Shown here: positions 9,875-20,128 of the stretch, piece by piece
How positions within the stretch are numbered: the first letter of the stretch is position 1
How the letters are laid out: the number at the start of each line of letters is the position of its first letter
From: an uncultured bacterium
GTDB taxonomy: Bacteria; Zixibacteria; MSB-5A5; GN15; FEB-12
DNA length: 33,459 nt
Assembly (NCBI GenBank): GCA_965602205.1
Contig: CBFCYQ010000003.1
Location: 1 to 33,459 of the forward strand
Direction of reading: 5' to 3'
Position numbers and translations under genes: made by a program
Notes under the pieces: generated by a model
The model's input: the letters and a program-made list of their open reading frames with translations, nothing else
What the model was told of the DNA's origin: nothing
The model's database searches: none

Positions 9875-10012
9875 CAGTCGGCAGTACCGTTGGTTTCGCA
9901 TGAGCAGTGTGGAGCGTGATATTCGGGAGATGGAACACAACTTCGCATACATATTAATCATAGGCAGGCCAGGCGCCAACTCTCAAACCTGGGCCCAAAG
10001 TGGAGGCCTTTT

Positions 10013-10294
10013 ATGAAGTACTGGAGAACGCCGTTAGACATTGACAAGCTTAAAATCCCCAGAGGTGAGCTTCACATCATCAAGGAACGCTGCAAGGGAT
10101 GTGGATTCTGCGTGGAATACTGCCCCAAGGGTGTTCTTGAACTTTCGGAGGAGTTCAACTCCAAGGGCTACCATCCGCCGGTCGCCGTTAAGCCTGAAGA
10201 GTGTGTTAACTGTGATCTATGTGAGGTACTCTGTCCGGACTTCGCTATATACTGCTTAAGGGTGGAGACAGGGGAAAAGGAGGTGACCAGTTGA
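10013..10294 (+). CDS. korD: 2-oxoacid:ferredoxin oxidoreductase delta subunit (2x[4Fe-4S] ferredoxin)
   Basis: GGAGG RBS. Motifs CKGCGFCVEYCP and CVNCDLCEVLCPDFAI, plus the NSKGYHP linker typical of KorD/VorD. Confidence 0.85.
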   Translation: MKYWRTPLDIDKLKIPRGELHIIKERCKGCGFCVEYCPKGVLELSEEFNSKGYHPPVAVKPEECVNCDLCEVLCPDFAIYCLRVETGEKEVTS

Positions 10295-11448
10295 AAGCAG
10301 ATCCAAAAGATGTCCTAACCGGTTCGCATTACCTCGACGGCAATCATGCTTGCGCGGAAGGGGCGATAGCCGCCGGCTGCAAGTTCTTTGGCGGTTATCC
10401 CATCACACCGTCGACTGAAATCGCCGAGCGGGTCTCTCGTCGGTTTCCGCTCGTCGGCGGCGTGTTCATTCAGATGGAGGACGAGTTGGCCAGTATGGCG
10501 GCCATCCTGGGAGCATCCTCGGGCGGAGCCAAGGCCATGAGCTGCACCTCCGGTCCCGGTTTCTCGCTGATGATGGAGAATTTCGGGCTGGGCATAATGC
10601 TGGAGACGCCATGTGTCCTGGTGAACGTTCAGAGAGGCGGCCCATCGACCGGTTTACCGACCTTGCCGGGCCAGGCCGACATGATGCAGGCGCGCTGGGG
10701 CTCGCACGGCGACTACGAGGTTATTGCCCTCGCCCCCGATTCACCCCAGGAGACATTCGAGTTGGCGGTCCACGCCTTCAATCTGTCTGAGACATATCGG
10801 ATGCCGGTGCTGGTAATGACGGACGAGTGTGTGGGGCACATGACGGAGAAGGTCATTATACCGCCGTCGGACGAAATCGAATTGATAGAACGCCGTTACA
10901 CCGATAAGAAACCCGGCGAAGCCTGGCCTTACGAAGAGGCTGAGGACGGCATAGCCCCGCTGCTGCCGGTCGGCAAGGGATACAAATTCCACGTGACCGG
11001 TCTGACTCATGACCACCGGGGCTACCCGATTATCAACGCTGAAGCCCAGCACCAAAATGTCCGCCACCTGATAGACAAGGTCACGGAGCACGCGGACGAC
11101 ATTATCTGGCTTCAGGAAGACCAGGTCGACGGCGCTGAAATTGTCGTGATGGCTTACGGTATATCGGCCCGCGTCGTCCAGCCGGCCATCGCCAGAGCCC
11201 GTAAAGAGGGCCTCAAGGTGGGCCTTTTGAAGATGGTTACAGTGTGGCCGTTCTGCGAGACACGCGTGCGGGAACTGGCCACCCAGGTGAAATCCCTGAT
11301 CATGGTCGAAATGAACTTCGGCCAGGTATTCTGGGAAATGGATCGCTGCGCCGCCGGGAAGTGCCGCACCTATCTGGTCGGGCACGCCGGCGGGACAGTA
11401 CACAATCCGGAAGATATTTACAACACCATAAAGGAAGCCGCAAAATGA
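10291..11448 (+). CDS. korA: 2-oxoacid:ferredoxin oxidoreductase alpha subunit (2-oxoglutarate type likely)
   Basis: TTG start overlapping the korD stop, after GGAGGTG. Motifs GYPITPSTE, QMEDE, TSGPGFSLM and QRGGPSTGLPT. Confidence 0.9.
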   Translation: MKADPKDVLTGSHYLDGNHACAEGAIAAGCKFFGGYPITPSTEIAERVSRRFPLVGGVFIQMEDELASMAAILGASSGGAKAMSCTSGPGFSLMMENFGLGIMLETPCVLVNVQRGGPSTGLPTLPGQADMMQARWGSHGDYEVIALAPDSPQETFELAVHAFNLSETYRMPVLVMTDECVGHMTEKVIIPPSDEIELIERRYTDKKPGEAWPYEEAEDGIAPLLPVGKGYKFHVTGLTHDHRGYPIINAEAQHQNVRHLIDKVTEHADDIIWLQEDQVDGAEIVVMAYGISARVVQPAIARARKEGLKVGLLKMVTVWPFCETRVRELATQVKSLIMVEMNFGQVFWEMDRCAAGKCRTYLVGHAGGTVHNPEDIYNTIKEAAK

Positions 11449-12329
11449 GTGTAAGAGTCAACCAGGTTGCCGAGGGAGAGCATCCGAAGGAGAAACTTCT
11501 CCGGATGGATCGTATTCCTCACATATGGTGTCCAACGTGCGGTCTGGGAACCACCGTGACGGCCCTGGCCACTGCCCTCGACCAACTCGAACTCGATCTG
11601 AACAATGTGGCTATCGTCTCCGGTATAGGCTGCACCGGTCGCGTGGCCGGCTACACGAAACTCGATTCGTTTCATACGACTCACGGCCGGGGGATTCCCT
11701 TTGCTGTGGGGCTTCACATCGCCCGTCCCGACCTGAAAGTGATCGTGTTTTCCGGCGACGGTGACCTGATTTCCATTGGAGGCAACCATCTGATCCATAC
11801 TGCCAGGCGCAACGTCGACCTGACCGTGATATGCGTCAACAACTTCATCTATGCCATGACGGGAGGGCAGGTCGCCCCGACCACGCCGATCACGGCCCGG
11901 TCGGCAACCTCACCCTACGGCAACTATGAGCATCCGTTCAACCTGCCGCTTCTGGCGGCCTCATCCGGTGCGGTCTACGTGGCCCGCTGGACGGCGCTGC
12001 ACATCCGGCGCCTGACAACCGCCATAAAGGAGGCGCTGGTCAAGCCGGGCTTCTCGTTTGTCGAGGTGATAGCACCCTGTTCGACCCTCTATGCGCGATT
12101 GAACAAGCTGGGCACCGGCCTTGACCTGATGAAATTCTACCATGACAACAGTGTCATCAGGCACGGCGCCGACCTGAAAGAGGTTGACATCGATTTCCAG
12201 TCCAACCTGGTGGTGGGCAAGTTCGTCGATATCGAGAAACCCACGTATCTCGACTGCCTCAACGCCGGGAACAAGCGGGCCTTTGGAGACAAGTATAAAC
12301 CCTACGGAGTTGATCATGGCAACGAATGA
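11445..12329 (+). CDS. korB: 2-oxoacid:ferredoxin oxidoreductase beta subunit (TPP-binding)
   Basis: ATGA overlap with the korA stop (11445-11448). Motifs WCPTCG, SGIGC, HTTHGR and the TPP-binding GDGD...NNFIYAMTGGQ. Confidence 0.92.
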   Translation: MSVRVNQVAEGEHPKEKLLRMDRIPHIWCPTCGLGTTVTALATALDQLELDLNNVAIVSGIGCTGRVAGYTKLDSFHTTHGRGIPFAVGLHIARPDLKVIVFSGDGDLISIGGNHLIHTARRNVDLTVICVNNFIYAMTGGQVAPTTPITARSATSPYGNYEHPFNLPLLAASSGAVYVARWTALHIRRLTTAIKEALVKPGFSFVEVIAPCSTLYARLNKLGTGLDLMKFYHDNSVIRHGADLKEVDIDFQSNLVVGKFVDIEKPTYLDCLNAGNKRAFGDKYKPYGVDHGNE

Positions 12330-12879
12330 AATTAGAATCACCGGCTTTGGCGGTCAGGGCGTGATTTTATGCGGTTATATAATCGGTAAGGCGGCGTCGC
12401 TTTACAATGACCAGCACGCGACCCTGACGCAGAGTTTCGGACCGGAAGCGCGGGGCAGCGCCTGCAGCGCCCAGGTCGTCGTCTCCGATGACCGCGTACT
12501 CTATCCTTACGTCACGGCGCCCGCGATGATGCTGGCTATGTCCAACGATGGCTACATGACTCACAAGGATACGATGGCCAAAGAGAGTATCCTGGTTTAT
12601 GAAGAGGATATGGTGCAACCGGTTGATTCCGGTGCGAAGTTAAAGAAGTTCGGCATCCCGGCAACCCGCATCGCCGAGGAGCTGGGGCGCAAGATTGTGC
12701 TGAATATCGTGATGCTGGGGTTCTTCGGGGCGGTCACGGACCTGCTACCCGGAGAAGCCCTGCGGAAGGCGGTGGAAACATCGGTCCCGACGGGTACTGA
12801 GGAGTTGAACCTCAAGGCCTTTGACAGGGGATTCGAGTACGGTAAGCAATTGCGAGAAAAGGCTGAAGTGAAAGCCTGA
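12316..12879 (+). CDS. korC: 2-oxoacid:ferredoxin oxidoreductase gamma subunit
   Basis: ATG 12316 after GGAG, overlapping the korB end. Motifs GFGGQG, QSFGPEARG, NIVMLG and NLKAFDRG. Confidence 0.9.
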   Translation: MATNEIRITGFGGQGVILCGYIIGKAASLYNDQHATLTQSFGPEARGSACSAQVVVSDDRVLYPYVTAPAMMLAMSNDGYMTHKDTMAKESILVYEEDMVQPVDSGAKLKKFGIPATRIAEELGRKIVLNIVMLGFFGAVTDLLPGEALRKAVETSVPTGTEELNLKAFDRGFEYGKQLREKAEVKA

Positions 12880-12922
12880 GATAACATGGCCCTGCTAAGG
12901 TCTGCTTCTGGAGGAAAAGGCT

Positions 12923-15900
12923 ATGGCCCCACGGGCAGGTAAGGAAAACGGGGTGTTAGTATTAGGTGGGGGCATCACCGGAATTCAAGCAGCGCTCGAT
13001 CTGGCATCGTCGCAGGTAAGAGTATATCTCGTCGAAAAGACACCGTCCCTGGGTGGAAGGATGGCACAGCTAGATAAGACCTTCCCCACCATGGACTGCG
13101 CTATATGAATTCTCGGACCCCGCATGATGGATGCCGGTCGGCATCCCAACATTGAAGTACTAACGAACTCAGAGCTGGTAGAGTTGCGCGGTGCCGCCGG
13201 CAATTTCCGGGCTACGGTAAGAAAGCACCCACGCTATGTCAGGGCGGAGTTGTGTACCGGCTGCGGCCTGTGTGTAGACGACTGCCCGGTGGTGGTGCCC
13301 AACGAGTTCGAAATCGGGATGGGTGCTCGCAAGGCCATCTATTCGCCGTTTGCCCAGGCGGTGCCGAACACGCATATTATCGACCGTGAGCACTGTCTCA
13401 ACGATGACTTTATCGTTTGCGAGAACTGCACCAACGCCTGTGATCGCCATGCCATAAATTTCGACGACACCGGCGAAGATTTGGCGCTTGACGTGGGCGC
13501 CGTTATCGTTGCGACCGGTTTTGACGTTTACGATGCCTCGGCTATCCCCAGCTACGGCTACGGTCTGTATCACAACGTACTGACGAACATGGAATTGGAG
13601 CGGGTTCTCAATGCCACCGGTCCGACACGGTCACATATAGTCCGTCCGTCCGACCACAAAACACCCAAAAAGATAGCTTTCATTCAATGTGTCGGCTCCC
13701 GGGGCGAGGGCGGCGAGGCTGGCTGCCAGTATTGCTCTCGTTTCTGCTGTATGAATGCCGTCAAGGACTGCCTCCTGGTCAAGATGCATGATCCGGGCAT
13801 TGAAGAACTTCTCGTATTCTATATCGATATGCGGGCCGCCGGAAAAGGCTTCGAGGAGTTTTATCAGCGGGCCCGCCAGATGCCCGAGTTGAAGTTCATT
13901 CGCGGGAGACCGTCCAAGATACTCGAAGACCCGGAGACCCACGACCCAATAATATTTGTCGAAGACGGCGAAACAGGCGAAGTGAGTCAGGTCAGGGTGG
14001 ACCTGGCCGTTCTTTCAGCCGGGGCCGTGGCCTCGGAGTCTAACCGGAAACTGGCCGAGGTGCTGGGTCTGAAACTTGACGAGAACGGGTTTTTCGAGGT
14101 TGAGACCACCTACGGTTCGCCGCTGCATACGGCCCGGGAAGGGGTGTACCTTTGCGGTTGCGCGGCCGGGGTAAACGACATCTCTGATTCGGTGGCCCAG
14201 GGTTCGGGGGCGGCGGCCGAGGCGGAGAAGTACGCCGGACGGCTTCCGGAAGACGAGGCCCCGCAGGAGATAAAGGAGATCGATTGCTCGGGGCCGCCGC
14301 GGGTGGGCGTGTTTCTTTGTCACTGCGGCATCAACATCGCCGGGGTCCTGGATATAGAGGCGCTGAAGGAGAGCGCCGCAACCATTCCTAACGTGGTTTT
14401 TGTCGAGAACAATCTCTTTCTCTGCTCCGACGAGGGGCAGGGATTGGTTCAGGAAAAAATACGTGAGCACCGACTGAACCGGGTGGTGGCCGCCGCCTGC
14501 ACTCCGCGCACTCACGAACCGATATTCCGGGAGAGTTGCCAGTTGATGGGGCTCAATCCCTATCTTTTCGAAATGGTCAACGTGCGCGACCAGTGTTCCT
14601 GGGTGCACACCGGTGTTCCGGAGACGGCCACTCGCAAGGCCAAAGATATGATACGCATGGGCGTTGCCAGGGCCCGGCATCTGCAGCCTCTGCAGAAAAA
14701 AAGCATTCCCGTGAACCAGAGCGTGCTCGTTATCGGCGGCGGCGTGGCCGGTATGTGCGCCGCCCTGGAGCTTGAAGCCCAGGGAATGAAGGTTTATCTG
14801 CTCGAAAAAGAGGGGCGGCTGGGCGGCCTATTGAACAATCTCACCAGGGTATACCCGGCGAACCTGTCGGCGTTTGAGCTGGCCCGTGCCATGGTGCAGA
14901 AAATCGAAGCGAGCCGCGTGGAGGCGATGGCGTCCACCGAGGTGAATGCAATTACCGGCTATGTCGGGAATTTCGAAGTTTCCACCACCAACGGCAATTT
15001 CAAAGTCGGGGCAATCATTTTAGCTACCGGGGCCGGTATCTTTAAACCGGAGACAGAATTCGGTCACGACCGGTATGAGAACGTTATTACCAACCAGGAA
15101 TTGGAAAATATCCTCCACGACACGAAGGGCAATATCCAGATCGAGGGCAAGACGCCCGAGACGGTGGCTTTCGTGCAGTGTGTCGGCTCCCGCGATCCCG
15201 AGAAAAACTCCGCCTGTTCCCGTTTCTGCTGTTCCACCACGGTCAAGCAGGCTATCCGTCTGCGGGAAAGTGGTGTCAATGTGGTGGTATTTCACCGTGA
15301 TATGCGCACCGTGGGCGCCAGGGCGGAAGAGCATTACCGGCGGGCGCGTGAGTTGGGTGTCAAGTTTATCCGCTATACACCCGAAAGACCGCCGTGTGTT
15401 CTTGGCAATGGCAAGCGGGCCGAAAAGGTGGATATTCTGGAACTGGCTCTTGACCAGACCCTCGAAGTCGATGTCGACTACGTGATTCTGGCGGCCGGCA
15501 TGGTTCCCAACGAGGAAAGCACCGCCCGCCTGCACGATATTCTCAAAGTGCCCCTTGGAAACGACGGTTTCTTCATGGAGCGTCATGCCAAGCTCGGTCC
15601 GGTGGAGAGCACCACCGAGGGCGTTTTCCTGGCCGGCTGTGTTAGCGGACCCAAGGATATCGCCGATGCGATTGCCCAAGGGGGTGCGGCGGCGGCCAAA
15701 GCAGCCGCGATCATCTCCCACGACACCGTCGCGCTGGAGCCGACCACCTGTGTGGTTGACCAGGCCCTCTGCCGAGCTTGCGGCCGGTGTGTTGAACTCT
15801 GCGAATATCACGCCCCGGGCCTTGAGGAAATCGCTCCCGGGCTGCGGGCGGCCCGGATAAACCAGGCGTTGTGCAAGGGCTGCGGTACCTGTGCCAGTTG

Positions 15901-15988
15901 GTGTCCCACCGGAGCCATCGCCGCCCTGCACTTCACGGATCGGCAAATAGAAGCCATGATGGAAGCACTGCTAATAGGTGAAGCATAG
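12923..15988 (+). CDS. hdrA: Selenocysteine-containing double-module HdrA-like flavoprotein (1021 aa, Sec62)
   Basis: Track ORFs 12923..13108 and 13124..15988 are in one frame, separated only by TGA 13106-13108. Read-through gives [28 protein letters not shown], the conserved HdrA DCxxC/U motif. GGAGG RBS at the first start. Two GGGxxG FAD sites and two QCVGSR...CSRFCC clusters. Confidence 0.9.
13106..13152 (+). promoter_or_regulatory. UGA(Sec) codon plus bacterial SECIS hairpin
   Basis: GGATGCC-GGTC-GGCATCC (13129-13146) is a perfect 7-bp stem with a GGUC loop starting 21 nt after the TGA. It can be extended by ATG 13124-13126 pairing with CAT 13150-13152. Confidence 0.82.
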
Positions 15989-15991
15989 AGT

Positions 15992-16474
15992 ATGGCTGAA
16001 AAAACCCCCAAGACAAAAAAGAAAACCACGAAGAAGAAGGCCGCCCCGAAGGAGTTTGTCCCCAACATAGTGGCTTTTGCCTGTAACTGGTGCAGCTATG
16101 CGGGCGCGGATACGGCCGGCGTCAACCGCATGCAGCACTCGCCCAACTTCCGCGTCATTCGCACGATGTGTTCCGGTCGGGTCACTCCCGGCTTTGTACT
16201 GAAGGCGTTGAAGCTGGGGGCTGACGGTGTTCTGGTATCGGGCTGTCACTTCGGTGACTGCCATTATATCTTCGGCAACCATGAGGCCGTCAAGCAGTTT
16301 GAAAAAACCAAGGCACTGGTAAAGACGCTGGGCCTGGACGAAAAACGGATCCGCCTGGAATGGGTTTCGGCGGCGGAAGGCAACCGCTGGGCGGAACTGA
16401 TCGACGAATTCGTCGGGCAGATCACCGCTCTGGGCCCCAGTCCGTTGAACCATAAACCGAAATCCGGGAAATAG
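15992..16474 (+). CDS. mvhD: MvhD/FlxD-type [2Fe-2S] subunit
   Basis: Motifs [35 protein letters not shown] and WVSAAEG. Lys-rich N-terminal tail. Confidence 0.9.
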   Translation: MAEKTPKTKKKTTKKKAAPKEFVPNIVAFACNWCSYAGADTAGVNRMQHSPNFRVIRTMCSGRVTPGFVLKALKLGADGVLVSGCHFGDCHYIFGNHEAVKQFEKTKALVKTLGLDEKRIRLEWVSAAEGNRWAELIDEFVGQITALGPSPLNHKPKSGK

Positions 16475-16480
16475 GCACCT

Positions 16481-17620
16481 ATGGATGCAGCTATTGATTT
16501 ACTGAAAAAGAGCCGGGCTTTTCTTTGCTTAGAGTGCGGCAAATGCACGGCCGTCTGTCCCATCTCGAGGTTTAATAACAGCTATTCACCCCGTCGCCTG
16601 CTGGCTACCGGTCTGTTTTACGGCGGGGAAGAACTGCTTTCAGACCGCCTGCTGTGGTCATGCCTGACCTGCAAGCTCTGCTCGCAGCGCTGCCCCGTGG
16701 ATGTCAAGTATTCGGAGTATATGCGCGACACGCGGGCGGCCGCCTATGCTACCGGACAATGGGGCAATCCGTCGCATGGCGGTGCCCTGCTGCATATCAT
16801 GGAAATGGCGGCTGAGCCGAAACTCCGGCAGAGGCGCACCGACTGGATCGGCGATGATCTCAAGGTGAAGAAAAAAGGCGACGTGTTATATTTTGTGGGT
16901 TGCCTGCCTTATTACGAGGATTTCTTTGCCAAGGATTTCGATTTTTCCCCGCTTTCGATAGCACGCGACACCGTGAAAATTCTTAATCGCCTTGGTATCG
17001 AGCCGGTCGTGCTGGATAACGAGCGTTGCTGCGGTCATGATCTGTACTGGCTGGGCCAGTTGGAGAAGTTTGACGAGTTGGGCCGGCTGAATATGAAGGA
17101 AATCGAAGCGGCGGGCGCTAAGACGGTGGTAACTGCCTGTCCGGAGTGCGCGCTCGCCCTCAAGCAGCTGTACCGGGAACGGTTGGGTGAGGTCGGCTTC
17201 GAAGTAAAGCATATCGCCGAACTGGTTGACGAGAGAAAGGATGACCTGGGTTTCAAGGAGCTTCCGGCCGACGTGACCTACCAGGATCCTTGCCGGTTGG
17301 GCCGCTACCAGGGTGTTTATGAGGAGCCACGCCAGGCGCTGTCGTCTATCCCGGGGGTCAAGTTGCGCGAGATGCCGCGCAACCGCCGTGGGGCGATATG
17401 CTGCGGCACGACTAACTGGATGAATTGCGACGCGACTTCCAGGCAGATTCAACGAAGCCGACTGTCCGAGGCCAAGGCAACGGGGGCGACGACGCTGGTG
17501 ACGGCGTGTCCGAAGTGCCAGATTCATTTCCGGTGCGCCGGTTGTGGAGAAGAATCAGAGAGAATCGACATAAATGTGACCGATTTCGTGAACATTGTAG
17601 CTTCAGCGCTTGAGGGCTGA
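16481..17620 (+). CDS. HdrD/GlpC-like Fe-S oxidoreductase (2x[4Fe-4S] plus two CCG domains)
   Basis: CLECGKCTAVCP and CLTCKLCSQRCP, then YFVGC...ERCCG...TACPEC and YQDPC...ICCG...TACPKC. Confidence 0.88.
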   Translation: MDAAIDLLKKSRAFLCLECGKCTAVCPISRFNNSYSPRRLLATGLFYGGEELLSDRLLWSCLTCKLCSQRCPVDVKYSEYMRDTRAAAYATGQWGNPSHGGALLHIMEMAAEPKLRQRRTDWIGDDLKVKKKGDVLYFVGCLPYYEDFFAKDFDFSPLSIARDTVKILNRLGIEPVVLDNERCCGHDLYWLGQLEKFDELGRLNMKEIEAAGAKTVVTACPECALALKQLYRERLGEVGFEVKHIAELVDERKDDLGFKELPADVTYQDPCRLGRYQGVYEEPRQALSSIPGVKLREMPRNRRGAICCGTTNWMNCDATSRQIQRSRLSEAKATGATTLVTACPKCQIHFRCAGCGEESERIDINVTDFVNIVASALEG

Positions 17621-17653
17621 GGCCGTAGATACGCCAGTTGTGGGAGAATTACT

Positions 17654-20128
17654 ATGGCAACTGAGTTGACTAAACCCGGGAACCTGCGCATTGGGGTGTT
17701 TGTCTGCGAATGCGGGCTCAACATCGCCGGTACCGTCGACTGCGCCGCGGTCAGCGAGTACGCCAGGACTCTCGACGATGTGACGGCTGTCGTCCAGAAC
17801 AAGTACACCTGTGCCGACCCCGGGCAAAACGAGATTAAGAAGGCGATCGCGGAGCATAATCTGAACCGGGTTGTGGTGGCCTCTTGTACCCCAAAGATCC
17901 ACGAGCCTACTTTTCGAGAGTGCGTCGCCGACGCGGGTTTGAATCCTTACCTTTTCGAGATGGTCAACATCCGCGAGCACTGTAGCTGGGTGCACCAGAA
18001 CGAAAAGGAAAAGGCCACCGAAAAGGCCAAAGACCTGGTGCGGGCCGGTGTCGCGCGGGCGCGCGTGCTGGAGGCGCAAACGGAAGCCGAGGTGCCGATT
18101 ACGAAGGCCGCCCTGATAGTCGGCGGCGGCGTAGCCGGCATCCAGGCGGCGCTCGATCTGGCCGACGGCGGCCATCAGGTTTACCTGGTCGAGAAGGAAC
18201 CGACCGTCGGCGGGATTATGGCGGCCCTTGACAAGACCTACCCGACGATGGACTGTTCCATATGAATACTCGGACCAAAAATGATGGATGTCGGTCGACA
18301 TCCCCGAGTAAATCTGATGACCTTCAGCGAAGTCGAGTCGGTAACCGGCTTCGTGGGCAATTTTCAGGTCACGGTTCGTAAGAAGGCCCGCTACGTAGAT
18401 CCCGACGAATGCACGGCCTGTGCCGAGTGCGCCAAGGTCTGCCCGGTAGCGGTGCCCGACGAGTACCAGCAGGGATTCTCGTCGCGCAAGGCGATTTACC
18501 TACCGTTTCCGCAGGCGGTACCGTCCTCATACATTCTGGAGATGGAAAACTGCCTGGGCAACAACCCGATTGCCTGCGGCAAGTGTGCCGAGGTTTGCGA
18601 AAAACACTGCATTGACTACGATGATCAGGACAAGCTGGTCAATATCGAAGTAGGCGTCATCATTGCCGCTACCGGCATGGACGTTTACGACCCCACCGAG
18701 TACGACGAGTACGGCTATACGCGTTTCGAGAACGTGATAACGAGTATGGAATTTGAGCGGCTCATTTGCGCCGGCGGTCCCACCGAGGGGCATTTTATCC
18801 GGCCCAGCGACCGCAAGGCTCCGCAAAAGATAGGGTTTATTCAATGCGTCGGCTCACGGTCGCGGGACGGTCGTGGGAATCCTTATTGTAGTAATATCTG
18901 CTGCATGAATACGGTCAAAGACACCCTGTTGTTGTGTGACCACTACCCGGGCGTCGAGGCCAAAGTCTTCTACATGGACATGCGCTCCTTCGGCAAGGGT
19001 TTCGAAGACCTCTACATGCGCAGCCGGGAGGAAGGGGTCAAGTACATCAGGGGAATCCCCGGCGAGGTTGTGGAGAATTCCGAAAACCGCAACCTGGTGC
19101 TGACAGTCGAGAACACGACGACCGGAAAGCTCGAGGAGCACGAGCTGGAGATGCTGGTTCTTTCGCAGGGAGTGATACCTCGGCGGGATGGCGAAGGCAT
19201 CAGGAAGCTGCTGACGCTATCGACGACCTCGGACGGCTTTATTATGGAGTCACATCCCAAGCTGAAGCCAGTGGACGCTCCGACCCGTGGCATTTATATT
19301 GCCGGCTGTTTGGAATCGCCCAAGGACGTGAAAGACAGCGTAACCCAGGCCAGCGCGGCAGCGGCCAGGGCCAGCATTCTGCTGAACGCCGGCAAGACCA
19401 GAATCGAGGCGATTACCTCGCAGGTTGATACTGACCTCTGCAACTTTTGTGGCATTTGCGCGAAAGTCTGCCCCTACAACGCCATAATGGCACCGGACCG
19501 TAAAGAGAAGAAGGCGCCGGTGATCATCCAGGCGGCCTGTGCCGGGTGTGGTGCCTGCGCCTCTGAATGCCCGCAGGATGCCATCACCATGCGGCACTTC
19601 AAAGACGAGCAGATGATGGCCCAGATTGAGGGTACTCTGGCCGAGAAACCACACGAACATCTTCTGACCTTTGCCTGTAACTGGTGCAGTTATGCCGGGG
19701 GTGATATGGCCGGCACGGCCAGGTTGCAGTATCCCACAACGTGCCGTCTGATTCGGACGATGTGTTCGGGCCGGGTCGACGAAAAGTTCGTTCTGCAGGC
19801 CTTCCGGCTGGGTGCGCCGATGGTGCTGGTATCGGGCTGCCATTTCGCCGACTGCCATTACATCAGCGCCGTGCACTGGACCCAGAAACGGATGGATCGA
19901 CTGTGGAACAAGCTGGACAAGCTCGGTATTCGCCCCGACCGACTTCAGCTCGAGTGGATATCAGCCGCCGAGGGGCAGAAATTCGCCAAAGTGATGCGCG
20001 AACTGGAAGAGAGGGTCAAGGCTGTGACGTTAGAAGAGATTGAGCATACCATGAAAGTCCTGGCCGAAGAAGAAGCCAAAGTCCAGAAAAGAAAGACAAA
20101 GCAGGCCGTGGAGGTGACTGTCCAATGA
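17654..20128 (+). CDS. hdrA: Selenocysteine-containing HdrA-MvhD fusion protein (824 aa, Sec204)
   Basis: Track ORFs 17654..18265 and 18281..20128 are in one frame across TGA 18263-18265, giving [26 protein letters not shown]. Complete HdrA layout (IGVFVCECG domain, FAD site, inserted and C-terminal ferredoxin domains) followed by an MvhD domain ([10 protein letters not shown]...GCHFADCHY). Confidence 0.9.
18263..18310 (+). promoter_or_regulatory. UGA(Sec) codon plus bacterial SECIS element
   Basis: Upper stem GGATGTC-GGTC-GACATCC (18286-18303), 21 nt after the TGA. Perfect lower stem TACTCGG (18267-18273) pairing with CCGAGTA (18304-18310). Confidence 0.85.

Noticed and set aside
3834-12315. 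Longer ORF-track starts for the CBS gene (3834), hdrB (4974), orphan gamma (9553), korB (11244) and korC (12184)
   Set aside because: The downstream ATGs fit the expected domain starts, RBS positions and gene overlaps better.
15992-16474. Selenocysteine in MvhD, as in some VhuD/BamF-type homologues
   Set aside because: Both MvhD units encode Cys at CNWC and GCH..DCHY, with no in-frame TGA.
12923-18265. hdrA genes as nonsense pseudogenes or genuinely split genes
   Set aside because: Two divergent paralogues have TGA at the same conserved Cys/Sec column, each followed by an equivalent hairpin, with otherwise intact frames. The downstream ATGs (13124, 18281) lack a clear RBS.
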